64,000 bases of DNA from Alphaproteobacteria bacterium (GCA_965221125.1 CBDCRW010000006.1:768001-832000), one strand, 5' to 3'; positions 18,945 through 28,337 are shown, counted from the stretch's first letter. Notes: generated by a model not told the origin, from the sequence alone. A program made the numbers and translations.

Positions 18945-19413
18945 CGGCCCTGGCCCGGCGGGAGTTCCGTCCCCCGGGCCTCTCTTTGTCGTTCAGTGAG
19001 AGGCCAAGATTACGGACGCTCCCCGCCGCCGCCAAGCTGTGGAGCCGTGGACGCGTCCTGCGGACCGATCGGCGTCCTGCGGACCGTGTGGACAGCCCGT
19101 GGACAAGCTGGCGCTTGCCCACCGCCTGACCACACTCGCCGATCTCGCGCCCACCGCTCCACAGCTTCAACAGCAATGAGGATTCTGCTGAGGATCAAAA
19201 AAATGCCGCAGGCAGCGTCCTTCCCGCACTCGGCCACCATCCCGGGAAATCCACCAACCAATCAAAGTGAGAAAAAAACCCGTGCTTCTATCCGGCTAGA
19301 CCGGAAAACAACACATGCACGTCTTACTTGGTGACGTGATCCTCGTTCAGCCCGACGCCTACGCCCAGGTGGCATTCCGCGTCTCGACCTAAGCGGGCGC
19401 CCAGGGGGCGACC

Positions 19414-19986
19414 ATGGCCGAGTATCCGATCTTCGACGGGGCGCTGGAGCTGCGGCGCTCCGGAGGCGCCCGCACGCTCCACGGCCGTTTCAACTACGGC
19501 AGCACGGCGACTACCCGTGACCGGGGCCGAGTGCGGAAGGAGCGGTTTCAACCCCGCGCCTTTCGCTACGCCATCGACCAGGATCCAGAGCGACGCGTCG
19601 ACCTTCTGGTCGGACACGACTACGGGAAGCCGCTCGCGAGCCGGCAGGCGGGCACGCTCGACATCGCTGACGGCGACGACGCGGTGACGTTCACGGCGCG
19701 CCTGCCCGAAGACCCGCCGACATGGGTCCGCGATGCCGAGCTTGCCATCGCAGCCGGCTTGATGGTTGGGCTTAGCCCCGGCTTCACCGTGCCGCCGACA
19801 TCGGTGGTGCCGGACGCGGAGGTGCTTGAGGACGAGCCGGGCAACCCCGGCGTCCAGGTGCGCGTCATTCGCGAGGCGGTGCTGCGAGAGTTCAGCGTGG
19901 TGACATCGCCCGCCTACACGGACGCGGCGGTCGACATCCGGTCGGACCTTCTCACACCCCCTCGGAGGCGCCGGCTATGGCTGTAG
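19414..19986 (+). CDS. HK97-family prohead protease
   Basis: LLVGHD, GLSPGF, LREFSVVTSPAY. Confidence 0.9.
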   Translation: MAEYPIFDGALELRRSGGARTLHGRFNYGSTATTRDRGRVRKERFQPRAFRYAIDQDPERRVDLLVGHDYGKPLASRQAGTLDIADGDDAVTFTARLPEDPPTWVRDAELAIAAGLMVGLSPGFTVPPTSVVPDAEVLEDEPGNPGVQVRVIREAVLREFSVVTSPAYTDAAVDIRSDLLTPPRRRRLWL

Positions 19987-20333
19987 CAACGTTGTCGCCG
20001 TGGCCTACCACACCGGCTGCGCTCACGGCCGCGACGGCGTGCCTGAAAGCCGCCCTCGGCGAGGATGACGATGCGACAGCGCAGCGGCTCGGCGCATCCG
20101 CCGCTGCGCTGGTAGAGCGCTACGCGCCGGATGCGCCGCATCCCGTCAAGAACGAAGCGGTGATCCGTTGCGCGGGGTGGCTGCTCGGGGCGCCATCTAA
20201 CGGAGTGCGTCAAGAGGCGGTCGGGCCGCTGAGTGTGGAATACGCGCCTTCGATGTTTTCTGCCCTGCGTCATAGCGGCGCGATGGCGCTGCTCTCGCCG
20301 TTCAAGGTGCGGCGTGCGGGAGCCATTGGCTAA
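19977..20333 (+). CDS. Probable head-tail connector (gp6-like)
   Basis: 118 aa, AAALVERYAPDAP..VKNEAVIR..ALLSPFKVRR; lies between protease and portal. Confidence 0.6.
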   Translation: MAVATLSPWPTTPAALTAATACLKAALGEDDDATAQRLGASAAALVERYAPDAPHPVKNEAVIRCAGWLLGAPSNGVRQEAVGPLSVEYAPSMFSALRHSGAMALLSPFKVRRAGAIG

Positions 20334-21397
20334 TGCGTTGGCCTTGGCAGAAGCGAGAGACGCGGGACAGCGGCGGTGACTTCGCCGATGCCGTTGTGCG
20401 GCTGATCGAAGCACGGGCTGCCGGCACGGCTGCGGACGCATCGAGCACGGCGGCGGTCGAGGCGGCAGCGGGAGCGCTGTCTCGCGCGTTTGCGAGTGCC
20501 GAGGTGGTCGCGGAGGCTTGGGTTGCCGAGACCGTCACGCCGGCCGTGCTCGCGCAGATAGGGCGCGACCTGGTGCGCGACGGCGATAGCCTCCACGTCA
20601 TCCGCATGGGCGCGGACGGGGTGGCGAAGCTGATCCCGTGTTCCTCCTGGCATTGGGAGGGTTCGCACGACCCGGCCAGCTGGACCGTGCGAGCGACAGC
20701 CTACGGGCCGTCAACGTCCACGACTTGGAACTTGCCTGTCTCGTCCGTCGTCTTCGTCCGCTGGGGCGGCACACCGGGGCAGCCCTACATAGGGACATCG
20801 CCGCTGTCCTGGGCGCATACGACGGCGCGGCTACAGTCCGAGGCCGAGCGCAGTCTTGCGGACGAGGCCGGCGGGCCGGTCGCCCAGCTGCTCGCCGTGC
20901 CGCAGGACGGCGGTGACGGTGGCGAGGGAGACCCGCTCGCGACCCTCAAAGGCGACCTGGCCGGCGCGCGCGGTAAGGCGCTCCTTATCGAGACCGTGGC
21001 AGCAGCATGGGGCGAAGGCCGGACAGCGGCGCCGCAGCGAGACTGGATTGCGTCTCGCCTCGGGCCAGCGCCGCCGGACGCAATGGTGAAGGTGGCCGAT
21101 GCCGCGTTCGCGCGCGTGCTCGCCGCGTGCGGAGCGTCGCCAAGCCTATTCACTGACGCCGATGGCACGTCGCAGCGGGAGGCGTTGCGGCGCTGGCACC
21201 TTGGCACGGTGCTACCGCTGGCCAAGCTGCTCGAGCACGAGCTGTCGGCGAAGTTTGAAACGCCGGTGCGGCTCACCTTTGACAGCTACCCGAAGGACAT
21301 GGTTTCAAGGGCGCAGGTGTTCGCCAAGCTCATCGCGGCCGAAGGCGTGTCGGTTGAGAAGGCGCTAGAGGTCGCGGGGCTGGTGGACGCCGAGTAG
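20333..21397 (+). CDS. Phage portal protein
   Basis: 354 aa; DLVRDGDS, VVFVR..YIGTSPL, VLAACGASPSLF, TVLPLAKLLEHELSAK fit the HK97-type portal pattern. Confidence 0.75.
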   Translation: MRWPWQKRETRDSGGDFADAVVRLIEARAAGTAADASSTAAVEAAAGALSRAFASAEVVAEAWVAETVTPAVLAQIGRDLVRDGDSLHVIRMGADGVAKLIPCSSWHWEGSHDPASWTVRATAYGPSTSTTWNLPVSSVVFVRWGGTPGQPYIGTSPLSWAHTTARLQSEAERSLADEAGGPVAQLLAVPQDGGDGGEGDPLATLKGDLAGARGKALLIETVAAAWGEGRTAAPQRDWIASRLGPAPPDAMVKVADAAFARVLAACGASPSLFTDADGTSQREALRRWHLGTVLPLAKLLEHELSAKFETPVRLTFDSYPKDMVSRAQVFAKLIAAEGVSVEKALEVAGLVDAE

Positions 21398-21495
21398 GCC
21401 TTTTGCTGCGCTGGTGGCCCGTCGTAAACTAAGTCATAACTGAAAAAGGCCTGACCACGGTTTCTCTTATTTATCAATGAATTATGTCATAAGAG

Positions 21496-21570
21496 TGGTG
21501 ACCCCTACGGGAATCGAACCCGTGTCTCCACCTTGAAAGAGTGGTGTCCTAACCTCTAGACGAAGGGGTC
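21496..21570 (-). tRNA. tRNA-Glu(TTC)
   Basis: Cloverleaf GACCCCT...CCACT-CT-TTC-AA-GGTGG...GGTTCGATTCC...AGGGGTCACCA. Confidence 0.96.
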
Positions 21571-21624
21571 TCTGCCCTAGGCCGCGCTATGTAGCGGGCA
21601 GGGCGCGTCGAAATCAAGGGGCGA

Positions 21625-23427
21625 TCACGGGTCCTCCGCCGGGGGCGCAGGCACGCCGTCGTCGACGTGCAGCTCGACCGCGCGGGCGCCGCGGCGGCGG
21701 TCGAGACGGAGCCGGCCCGCGAGGTGGAAGGGCGCGCCCGTGCCCGCCAGCAGCGCATGGCCCAGCGCATTGTCGGCGGCGCGGAAGGCGATGCCCTTGA
21801 GCCGCTTGCCCGTGCGCCCCGCGAGCTGGCAGCGCACGTGGCCGCGGCCCACGATGTCGGCGCGCCGGAGCTGGGCGCTCGCGATGGCGAAGCGCGGCTC
21901 CGGGTTACCGGCACCGTAGGGGCCCGCCGCCTCCAGCATCTCCAATAAGTCCGCCGTCGCACCCTCGACGCCGAGCGCGCCGTCGAGGCCGATGCTCGGC
22001 GCAAGCGCCGCGTCGTTCGCTACATCGGCGAGGCGGGCGCGCAGGAAGTCGCCAAGCGCCTCCAGCTTCGCATGCTCGACCGTGAAGCCCGCCGCCATCG
22101 GGTGCCCGCCGCCGTTCACCAGCAGGTCCGCCTGCCGCGCCGCGGTGATGGCCGCGCCGATGTCCACGCCCGGCACCGAGCGGCAGGAGGCCTTGCCGAT
22201 GCCGTCCTCCCAGGCGACGACGATGGCGGGCCGGTTGTAGCGCTCCTTCAGCCGGCTCGCGACGATGCCGATGACGCCGGCGTGCCAGCGCTCGTCGTGC
22301 GCCAGCACCAGGGGCGCCGACGAGCGCTCTCCAACGCTGGCCGACTCGACCTGCTCGATGGCCTCCTCCAGCACCGCCTGCTCGATCTGCTGGCGCTCGC
22401 GGTTGAGCGCATCGAGGTGGCGGGCGATCTTCGTCGCCTCGTCCTCATCTGCCGTGGTCATGAGGCGCGCGCCCAAGGAGGCCTCGCCCACACGGCCGCC
22501 GGCGTTGACGCGGGGGCCGAGGATGAAGCCCAGGTGATAGACGCCTGGCGGCTCCTCCAGCCCGGCGACATCGCCGAGCGCCCGGAGCCCCGTGTTGCGG
22601 CGCTGGCGCATCACCGTGAGCCCCTGGCGGACGAAGGCGCGGTTGACGCCGGTGAGCGGCACCACGTCGCAAACGGTGCCGAGCGCCACCAGATCGAGCC
22701 ACTGCAGGAGGTCGGGCTCCGCCCGGTCGCCGCCGTACCAGCCGGCCTCCCTCAGATGCCGGTTGAGGCCGACGACGAGTAGGAAGGCCACGCCCACGGC
22801 GGCGAGCTGGCCGTGCGGGCTCGCGTCATCCAGCCGGTTGGGATCGATCACGGCGCACGCCCGGGGCAGCCGCGCCTCGGCCACGTGGTGGTCGACCACG
22901 ATCACGTCGAGGCCCGCCTCGGCGGCGTCCGCCAGCGCGTCGAAGGCGCTGATCCCGCAGTCGACGGTGACCACGACGCGCACGTCCTGCGCCGCGAGCG
23001 TGCGCATGGCGGTGGCGTTTGGGCCGTAGCCCTCGCGCAGGCGGTCGGGGATGTAGATGGTGGGCGCCTCGGCGACGGCGTCGAGGAAGCGGCTCAGCAG
23101 CGCCGCCGAGGTCGCGCCGTCCACGTCGTAGTCGCCGAAGATGGCGATCTTCTCGCCCGCCTCCAGCGCGCGGGCGAGCCGCGCGATGGCCGTCTCCATG
23201 TCCCGCAGGTGCAGCGGGTCGGGCAGGAGGCGGCGGAGGGTGGGCTCGAGGTAGTCGGGCGCATCTTCAGCCTCAATGCCGCGCGCCGCGAGCACGCGGC
23301 CGACCAGCTCCGGCACCTCGATGGCCTGGGCCAGCGTGAGGCCCGCCATGGCATCGGCGAGCCGCGCACGCCAGCGCTTGCCGAGCAGCGATCGCTCGAC
23401 ACCGAGCATCGCCGCTCCGTCGTTCAT
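21625..23427 (-). CDS. recJ: ssDNA exonuclease RecJ
   Basis: GDYDVDG, VDHH, GGGHPMAAG. Confidence 0.96.
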   Translation of the reverse strand: MNDGAAMLGVERSLLGKRWRARLADAMAGLTLAQAIEVPELVGRVLAARGIEAEDAPDYLEPTLRRLLPDPLHLRDMETAIARLARALEAGEKIAIFGDYDVDGATSAALLSRFLDAVAEAPTIYIPDRLREGYGPNATAMRTLAAQDVRVVVTVDCGISAFDALADAAEAGLDVIVVDHHVAEARLPRACAVIDPNRLDDASPHGQLAAVGVAFLLVVGLNRHLREAGWYGGDRAEPDLLQWLDLVALGTVCDVVPLTGVNRAFVRQGLTVMRQRRNTGLRALGDVAGLEEPPGVYHLGFILGPRVNAGGRVGEASLGARLMTTADEDEATKIARHLDALNRERQQIEQAVLEEAIEQVESASVGERSSAPLVLAHDERWHAGVIGIVASRLKERYNRPAIVVAWEDGIGKASCRSVPGVDIGAAITAARQADLLVNGGGHPMAAGFTVEHAKLEALGDFLRARLADVANDAALAPSIGLDGALGVEGATADLLEMLEAAGPYGAGNPEPRFAIASAQLRRADIVGRGHVRCQLAGRTGKRLKGIAFRAADNALGHALLAGTGAPFHLAGRLRLDRRRGARAVELHVDDGVPAPPAEDP

Positions 23428-23448
23428 TGCCTCATGCGGGGTGGCGGG

Positions 23449-24435
23449 TCACATGCCCACCCGCTCGGGCGCGCGCGTGAAGTCGTGCTCGGCTTCGATC
23501 ATGCGCAGGGTGCCGGTCTGGGAGCGCATGACCACCGAGCTGGTCCGCGCGCCGTTGGGCAGGCGCGAGACGCCGCGCAGCATGGCGCCGTCGGTCACCC
23601 CGGTCGCGCAGAACATCACGTTGCCGCCGGCGAGCTCGTGCAGGCCGTACTTGCGGGTGAGGTCGGTGACGCCCATCGCCCGCGCGCGCCTCTTCTCGTC
23701 GTCGTTGCGAAAGGCGAGCCGGCCCATCATCTGGCCGCCGATGCAGCGCAGCGCGGCGGCCGCGAGCACGCCCTCCGGCGCGCCGCCGATCCCCATGTAG
23801 ATGTCGACGGTGCGGTTGAGCCGGGTGGTCGCGATCACGCCCGCGACGTCGCCGTCCCGAATGAGCTGGATGCGGGCCTGCGTCTCGCGCACCCTGGCGA
23901 TCAGCTCCTCGTGCCGGGGCCGGTCCAGGATGAGCACGGTGAGCTCGTTCACGTCGCAGGCCTTGGCCTTGGCGAGCTTGGTGAGCGTCGTGGCCGGCGG
24001 GTCGTCGATATCAATCAGCTCGTCCGGCAGCCCGTCGCCGACGGCGATCTTGTCCATGTAGGTGTCGGGCGCGGCGAGGAAGCCGCCTTTCTCCGCCATG
24101 GCGAGCACGGCGAGCGCGTTGGGGCCGCCGGTCGCGCAGATCGTGGTGCCCTCCAGCGGGTCGAGCGCGACATCGAGGCTGGGTCCCCTGCCGGTGCCCA
24201 CGGTCTCGCCGATGTAGAGCATCGGGGCCTCGTCCCGCTCGCCCTCGCCGATTACCACGGTGCCGGCGATGTCGAGCGCATTGAGGCCGCGCCGCATGGC
24301 GTCGACGGCGGCCTGGTCCGCGGCCATCTCGTCGCCCCGGCCGATCAGCCGGGCCGCCGCGCGGGCCGCGGCCTCCGTCACGCGCACCGCATCCAGCGCC
24401 AGGTTGCGGTCGAGGGAGATGACGTCGTCGACCAC
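23449..24435 (-). CDS. glpX: Class II fructose-1,6-bisphosphatase
   Basis: VIGEGERDEAPML, DPLEGT, GIGGAPEGV. Confidence 0.96.
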   Translation of the reverse strand: MVDDVISLDRNLALDAVRVTEAAARAAARLIGRGDEMAADQAAVDAMRRGLNALDIAGTVVIGEGERDEAPMLYIGETVGTGRGPSLDVALDPLEGTTICATGGPNALAVLAMAEKGGFLAAPDTYMDKIAVGDGLPDELIDIDDPPATTLTKLAKAKACDVNELTVLILDRPRHEELIARVRETQARIQLIRDGDVAGVIATTRLNRTVDIYMGIGGAPEGVLAAAALRCIGGQMMGRLAFRNDDEKRRARAMGVTDLTRKYGLHELAGGNVMFCATGVTDGAMLRGVSRLPNGARTSSVVMRSQTGTLRMIEAEHDFTRAPERVGM

Positions 24436-24444
24436 GGACGCCCC

Positions 24445-25752
24445 CTAGAACGCTTCGATGCGGATCATGCGCGGCGGTTCCAGCACCGTCTCGAGCCGGT
24501 CGATCGCGGCGAGCGCGCGCACGACGGCTGCCTCCTGTGACTCGTGGGTGGTCAGCACCACCGGGACAAGCTCGCCGGGGTTCCGCCCGCGCTGCAGCAT
24601 TGCCTCGACGGAGACCTGCTCGTCGCGCAGGCAGGCGGCGATGCCGGCGATGACGCCCGGCTTGTCCACCACCATGAGCCGAATGTAGTAGGCGCCGACG
24701 TGGTGGTCCATGGGCTTCGCCGAGGGCCGGGGCGTGCCTGGAGCGGCCGCGGGGAAGGCCGGCATGATCGCGCCGCGGGCGATATCGACGAGGTCGGCCA
24801 CCACGGCCGACGCGGTCGGCCCCGCGCCCGCCCCCGGTCCCTCGAAGAGCGCGCTTCCGATCCGGTCGCCTTCCGCCACCACGGCGTTGAAGACGCCATC
24901 GACGCGGGCGATGGGCGCCGCTTCTCGGATCATGCAGGGGTGCACGCGCTGGGTGACGCCGGCCTCGCCGGTGCGGGCTACGCCCAAGAGCTTGACCCGG
25001 TAGCCGAGTTCGATGGCGAAGCCGATGTCGAGCGCGCTGACGTGGCGGATGCCCTCGACGTGGACGGCGTCGTAATCGACCGGGCAGCCGAACACGACGC
25101 TGGTCAGGATCGCGAGCTTGTGCGCGGTATCGACCCCGTCGATGTCGGTGGACGGGTCTGCCTCCGCATAGCCGAGCTCCTGCGCCTCCTGGAGCACGGA
25201 GTCGAAGTCCCGTGCCTGGCCGGCCTGCACGGATTCGTGCATCGCCGTCATGATGTAGTTGCAGGTGCCGTTCAGGATGCCGTAGACGCCGCCGATGCGG
25301 TTGCCCGCGAGGCCCTCGCGGAGCGCCTTGACGATGGGGATGCCGCCGGCGACGGCGGCCTCGTAGCCGAGATGGCGCTCCGCTCGGCGGGCGGCCTCGG
25401 CGAGCGCCGCGCCGTGGTGGGCGAGCAGCGCCTTGTTGGCCGTCACCAGGTGCTTGCCGTTGGCGAGCGCCGCCTCCGAGAGCGCCCGCGCGGTGCCTTC
25501 CGCCCCCCCGATCAGCTCGAGAACGACATCGGCGGCGGGATGGGCCGCGAGCTCACGGGCGTCGTCCCGCCAGTCGAGCCCGTCGAGCGCGACGCCGCGA
25601 TCCTTTCCCTTATCGCGCGCCGAGACCGCGACCACCTCGATCGAGCGCCCGGTCCGTTGCTCCAGCAGCGCGGCGTTGTCGCGCAGCAGCGCCAGCACCC
25701 CGCAGCCGACCGTGCCCAGCCCGGCAATCGCGATACGCAGCGGTTCAGGCAT
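24445..25752 (-). CDS. hom: Homoserine dehydrogenase
   Basis: GLGTVG, VTANKA, YEAAVAGGIP, GYAEADP, C-terminal ACT domain. Confidence 0.96.
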   Translation of the reverse strand: MPEPLRIAIAGLGTVGCGVLALLRDNAALLEQRTGRSIEVVAVSARDKGKDRGVALDGLDWRDDARELAAHPAADVVLELIGGAEGTARALSEAALANGKHLVTANKALLAHHGAALAEAARRAERHLGYEAAVAGGIPIVKALREGLAGNRIGGVYGILNGTCNYIMTAMHESVQAGQARDFDSVLQEAQELGYAEADPSTDIDGVDTAHKLAILTSVVFGCPVDYDAVHVEGIRHVSALDIGFAIELGYRVKLLGVARTGEAGVTQRVHPCMIREAAPIARVDGVFNAVVAEGDRIGSALFEGPGAGAGPTASAVVADLVDIARGAIMPAFPAAAPGTPRPSAKPMDHHVGAYYIRLMVVDKPGVIAGIAACLRDEQVSVEAMLQRGRNPGELVPVVLTTHESQEAAVVRALAAIDRLETVLEPPRMIRIEAF

Positions 25753-25949
25753 GGGCGTGTGCTTCTTGAGGCTTCGATCGTGGCGCAAGCGGCGGCCGGC
25801 CGGCCGATCCCTGGCCGGCCGGCGCATAGAGAGAGCGATCGGTCACGATGGAATGGTCGTCCGGGCGGGCAGGATGATTGACGGGCGGCGAGGCACGCCG
25901 GCGGAGGCCGGCGCGCCTTTAGTTCTTGCGTGCGGAACGGCCGCCGCGA

Positions 25950-26339
25950 TCATCCGCCGTTCGCCGCGGCGGGCTCGTCCGTCTCGTCCGCCGGCTGATA
26001 GACGGCGCGCACCTGCGACATCGGCTCTTCCGGGTCCACGCGCGCGCGCAGCTCTTCCGCCGTGTGCTGCGCCTTCTCCCGGTCCGCAACCAGGCCGGCG
26101 GTCAGCGCGGCGCGCTCTTCGGCACTCGACATGGCGGGCGCCTCGTCCGGCACCTCGCTCAACGAGCGGTAAGGCTCGTCGGCGCCGGGCACGCCGCCCT
26201 CGGCACGCATCTCCTCGTCTTCCTCGGCATAGCTGAACAGGTCGCCGATGTAGTCGGTCGTATCCTCGATCGCCGAGCATCCGCCGACGGCGAGGCCGAG
26301 AGCGAGCGGTCCAAGGGCGAGGAGCGTCAGGGGCCGCAT
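25950..26339 (-). CDS. Hypothetical lipoprotein
   Basis: Hydrophobic signal ending LAVGGC; acidic mature part; alternative start at 26390. Confidence 0.65.
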   Translation of the reverse strand: MRPLTLLALGPLALGLAVGGCSAIEDTTDYIGDLFSYAEEDEEMRAEGGVPGADEPYRSLSEVPDEAPAMSSAEERAALTAGLVADREKAQHTAEELRARVDPEEPMSQVRAVYQPADETDEPAAANGG

Positions 26340-26543
26340 CCGCCGCCTGCGAGTCAACTCAGTCGTCTGGGTGGTCTGCGACCGGGACATAGCGCATTCT
26401 CCTGGGTTGTTGGCGACGTTCGCCGACCGTCGGCGTTGAGAACGATCCGACTCGTTAGTAGCATATACCCTAATCTGATCAATCGCATTCGCGGGCGCCG
26501 GCCGGCCGGCGGGCCGCGGATTCTCACATGGATGCGGCTTGCA

Positions 26544-28337
26544 ATGACTGACGACCCTCCCGCCGCGGACGCGGCGGAAAACGACATGGCTGAGCAGCTC
26601 GCCGCCCTTGCGGCGCAGAGCCAGCGGATGGCTGCACGCTTCCTGAGCGGGGAGCGCGTGGCGGGCGCGGGATCGAACGCCGATCCGCTCAACCTCGCGG
26701 GCGCCTTCGGGGCGATGGCGCGGAGCCTCGCTGCCGACCCTTCGCCGCTGGTCGACGCCCAGATGAAGTGGTGGGACGGCTATCTCCGGCTGTGGCAGCA
26801 GAGCGCGCAGCGCCTGCAGGGGGAGGACCCGGCGGAGCCGGTCGCGGAGCCCGCGCCGGACGACCGGCGCTTTCGCGATCCGGCCTGGACCGAGAACTGG
26901 GTCTTCGATCACCTGAAGCAGTCCTACCTGCTCACCGCGGCCTGCGTTCAGTCGGCGGTGGCGGACGTTCAGGGGCTTGACGAGAAGGACGCCACGAAGC
27001 TCGCCTTTTACAGCCGGCAATTCGTCGACGCGCTGGCGCCCACGAATTTCCTGGCCACCAATCCCACGGCGCTGCGGGAGGCCGCCGAGACGAAAGGCGA
27101 GAGCCTGCTGCGGGGCCTGCGCAACGTGCTCGACGATCTCGAGCGGAACGAGGGCCGGTTCGCGCCGAAGATGTCCGACGAGGGGCACTTCACGCTCGGC
27201 GAGACCATCGCCACCACGGACGGAAAGATCGTCTTCCAGAACGACCTCATGCAGCTGATCCAGTATGCGCCCGGCACGGAGACCGCGTTCCGCCGGCCGC
27301 TCCTCATCGTGCCGCCCTGGATCAACAAGTACTACGTGCTGGATCTAAGGCCGAAGAACTCGTTCGTGAGCTGGGCGGTGTCGAAGGGCTACACGGTCTT
27401 CATGATCTCCTGGGTCAACCCGGACGAGACGCTGGCCGAGAAGACTTTTGAGGACTACATGCTGGAGGGGCCGCTGGCGGCGCTCGATGCCATCGAGCAG
27501 GCGACCGGCGAGCGCGATGTCGCGGCCATCGGCTACTGCCTCGGCGGCACGCTCACGGCGGCGACTCTGGCCTGCCTCGCGGCGCGGGGCGACAAGCGCA
27601 TCAGGAGCGCGACCTTCTTCGCCTCCCTCGTCGACTTCGCCGAGCCCGGTGACCTCGGCGTCTTCATCGACGATGCCCAGATCGAATCGCTCGAGGCCAT
27701 GATGGCGGAGACGGGCTACCTCGACGGCCGCAGCATGGCCGCGACCTTCAGCATGCTGCGCGCCAACGACCTGATCTGGTCGTTCGTCGTCAACAACTAC
27801 CTCCTCGGCCGCGAGCCGATGCCCTTCGACCTGCTGTTCTGGAATTCCGACTCCACGCGGATGCCGGCGGCGATGCACGCCTTCTACCTGCACAAGATGT
27901 ACCGGGAGAACCTGCTCGCCGAGCCGGGCGGCCTGAGCCTCGCCGGCGTCCCCATCGACCTCGGGCGCATCGACATCCCGACCTACATCGTGGCGACGCG
28001 GGAGGACCATATCGCGCCCTGGCAGTCCTGCTACGCCGCATGCGGGCTCTACGGCGGGCAGCGCCGCTTCATCCTCGGCGCCTCCGGCCACATCGCCGGC
28101 ATCATCAATCCGCCTGCAGGCGGCAAGTACGGCTACTGGACCGGGCCGGTGGTGGACGGGCAGGGCGCCGACACCTGGCTCGCCGCTGCCGAACGGCGCG
28201 ACGGCTCCTGGTGGAACGACTGGCACACCTGGCAAAGCAGGCGCACCGGCGGCAAAAAGGTGCCTGCGCGCGTGCCCGGCGCAGGCGGCCTCACACCGAT
28301 CGAGGACGCGCCCGGCTCCTACGTCCTGGCGTCGTGA
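26544..28337 (+). CDS. phaC: Class I PHA synthase
   Basis: DRRF, PPWINKYYVLDL, GYCLGG, DHIAPW, SGHIAG. Confidence 0.95.
   Translation: MTDDPPAADAAENDMAEQLAALAAQSQRMAARFLSGERVAGAGSNADPLNLAGAFGAMARSLAADPSPLVDAQMKWWDGYLRLWQQSAQRLQGEDPAEPVAEPAPDDRRFRDPAWTENWVFDHLKQSYLLTAACVQSAVADVQGLDEKDATKLAFYSRQFVDALAPTNFLATNPTALREAAETKGESLLRGLRNVLDDLERNEGRFAPKMSDEGHFTLGETIATTDGKIVFQNDLMQLIQYAPGTETAFRRPLLIVPPWINKYYVLDLRPKNSFVSWAVSKGYTVFMISWVNPDETLAEKTFEDYMLEGPLAALDAIEQATGERDVAAIGYCLGGTLTAATLACLAARGDKRIRSATFFASLVDFAEPGDLGVFIDDAQIESLEAMMAETGYLDGRSMAATFSMLRANDLIWSFVVNNYLLGREPMPFDLLFWNSDSTRMPAAMHAFYLHKMYRENLLAEPGGLSLAGVPIDLGRIDIPTYIVATREDHIAPWQSCYAACGLYGGQRRFILGASGHIAGIINPPAGGKYGYWTGPVVDGQGADTWLAAAERRDGSWWNDWHTWQSRRTGGKKVPARVPGAGGLTPIEDAPGSYVLAS

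Larger units (their letters stand above)
14693..19313 (-). mobile_element. Four-gene DDE transposon with TGTTGTTT termini
   Basis: Ends TGTTGTTT / AAACAACA; CATGC duplication at 14688-14692 and 19314-19318; subterminal repeats TTATTTGACG (14707, 14731) and AT(C/T)TCCCAGATT (14721, 14755); removal restores the capsid frame. Confidence 0.9.
13453..19392 (+). pseudogene. HK97-type major capsid protein, with an in-frame TAG (13651-13653) and interrupted by a transposon
   Basis: 13453-14692 plus 19319-19392 gives one 437-codon frame: coiled-coil N-terminus, ATPKRVSARLELTLE, LDDQAING.G, C-terminal ..YVTMHVLLGDVILVQPDAYAQVAFRVST*; sits next to the prohead protease. Confidence 0.8.
4940..21510 (+). 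mobile_element. Integrated capsid-encoding phage satellite (cf-PICI-like) at tRNA-Glu, carrying two nested transposable elements
   Basis: 15-bp att duplication; int, alpA, primase-helicase, terL, HNH, capsid, protease, head-tail connector and portal all on the + strand; no tail or lysis genes. Confidence 0.85.

Noticed and set aside
14693-19313. CRISPR-associated or canonical Tn7 transposon
   Set aside because: No cas genes, no array, and no recognisable TnsA or TniQ/TnsD
4940-21510. Complete prophage or gene transfer agent cluster
   Set aside because: Both att sites are present yet there are no tail, tape-measure or lysis genes; integrase, AlpA and primase are not GTA features
28291-28337. 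Convergent overlap of phaC and the gamma-carbonic-anhydrase gene
   Set aside because: Short 3' overlaps are common in GC-rich genomes; no sign of function
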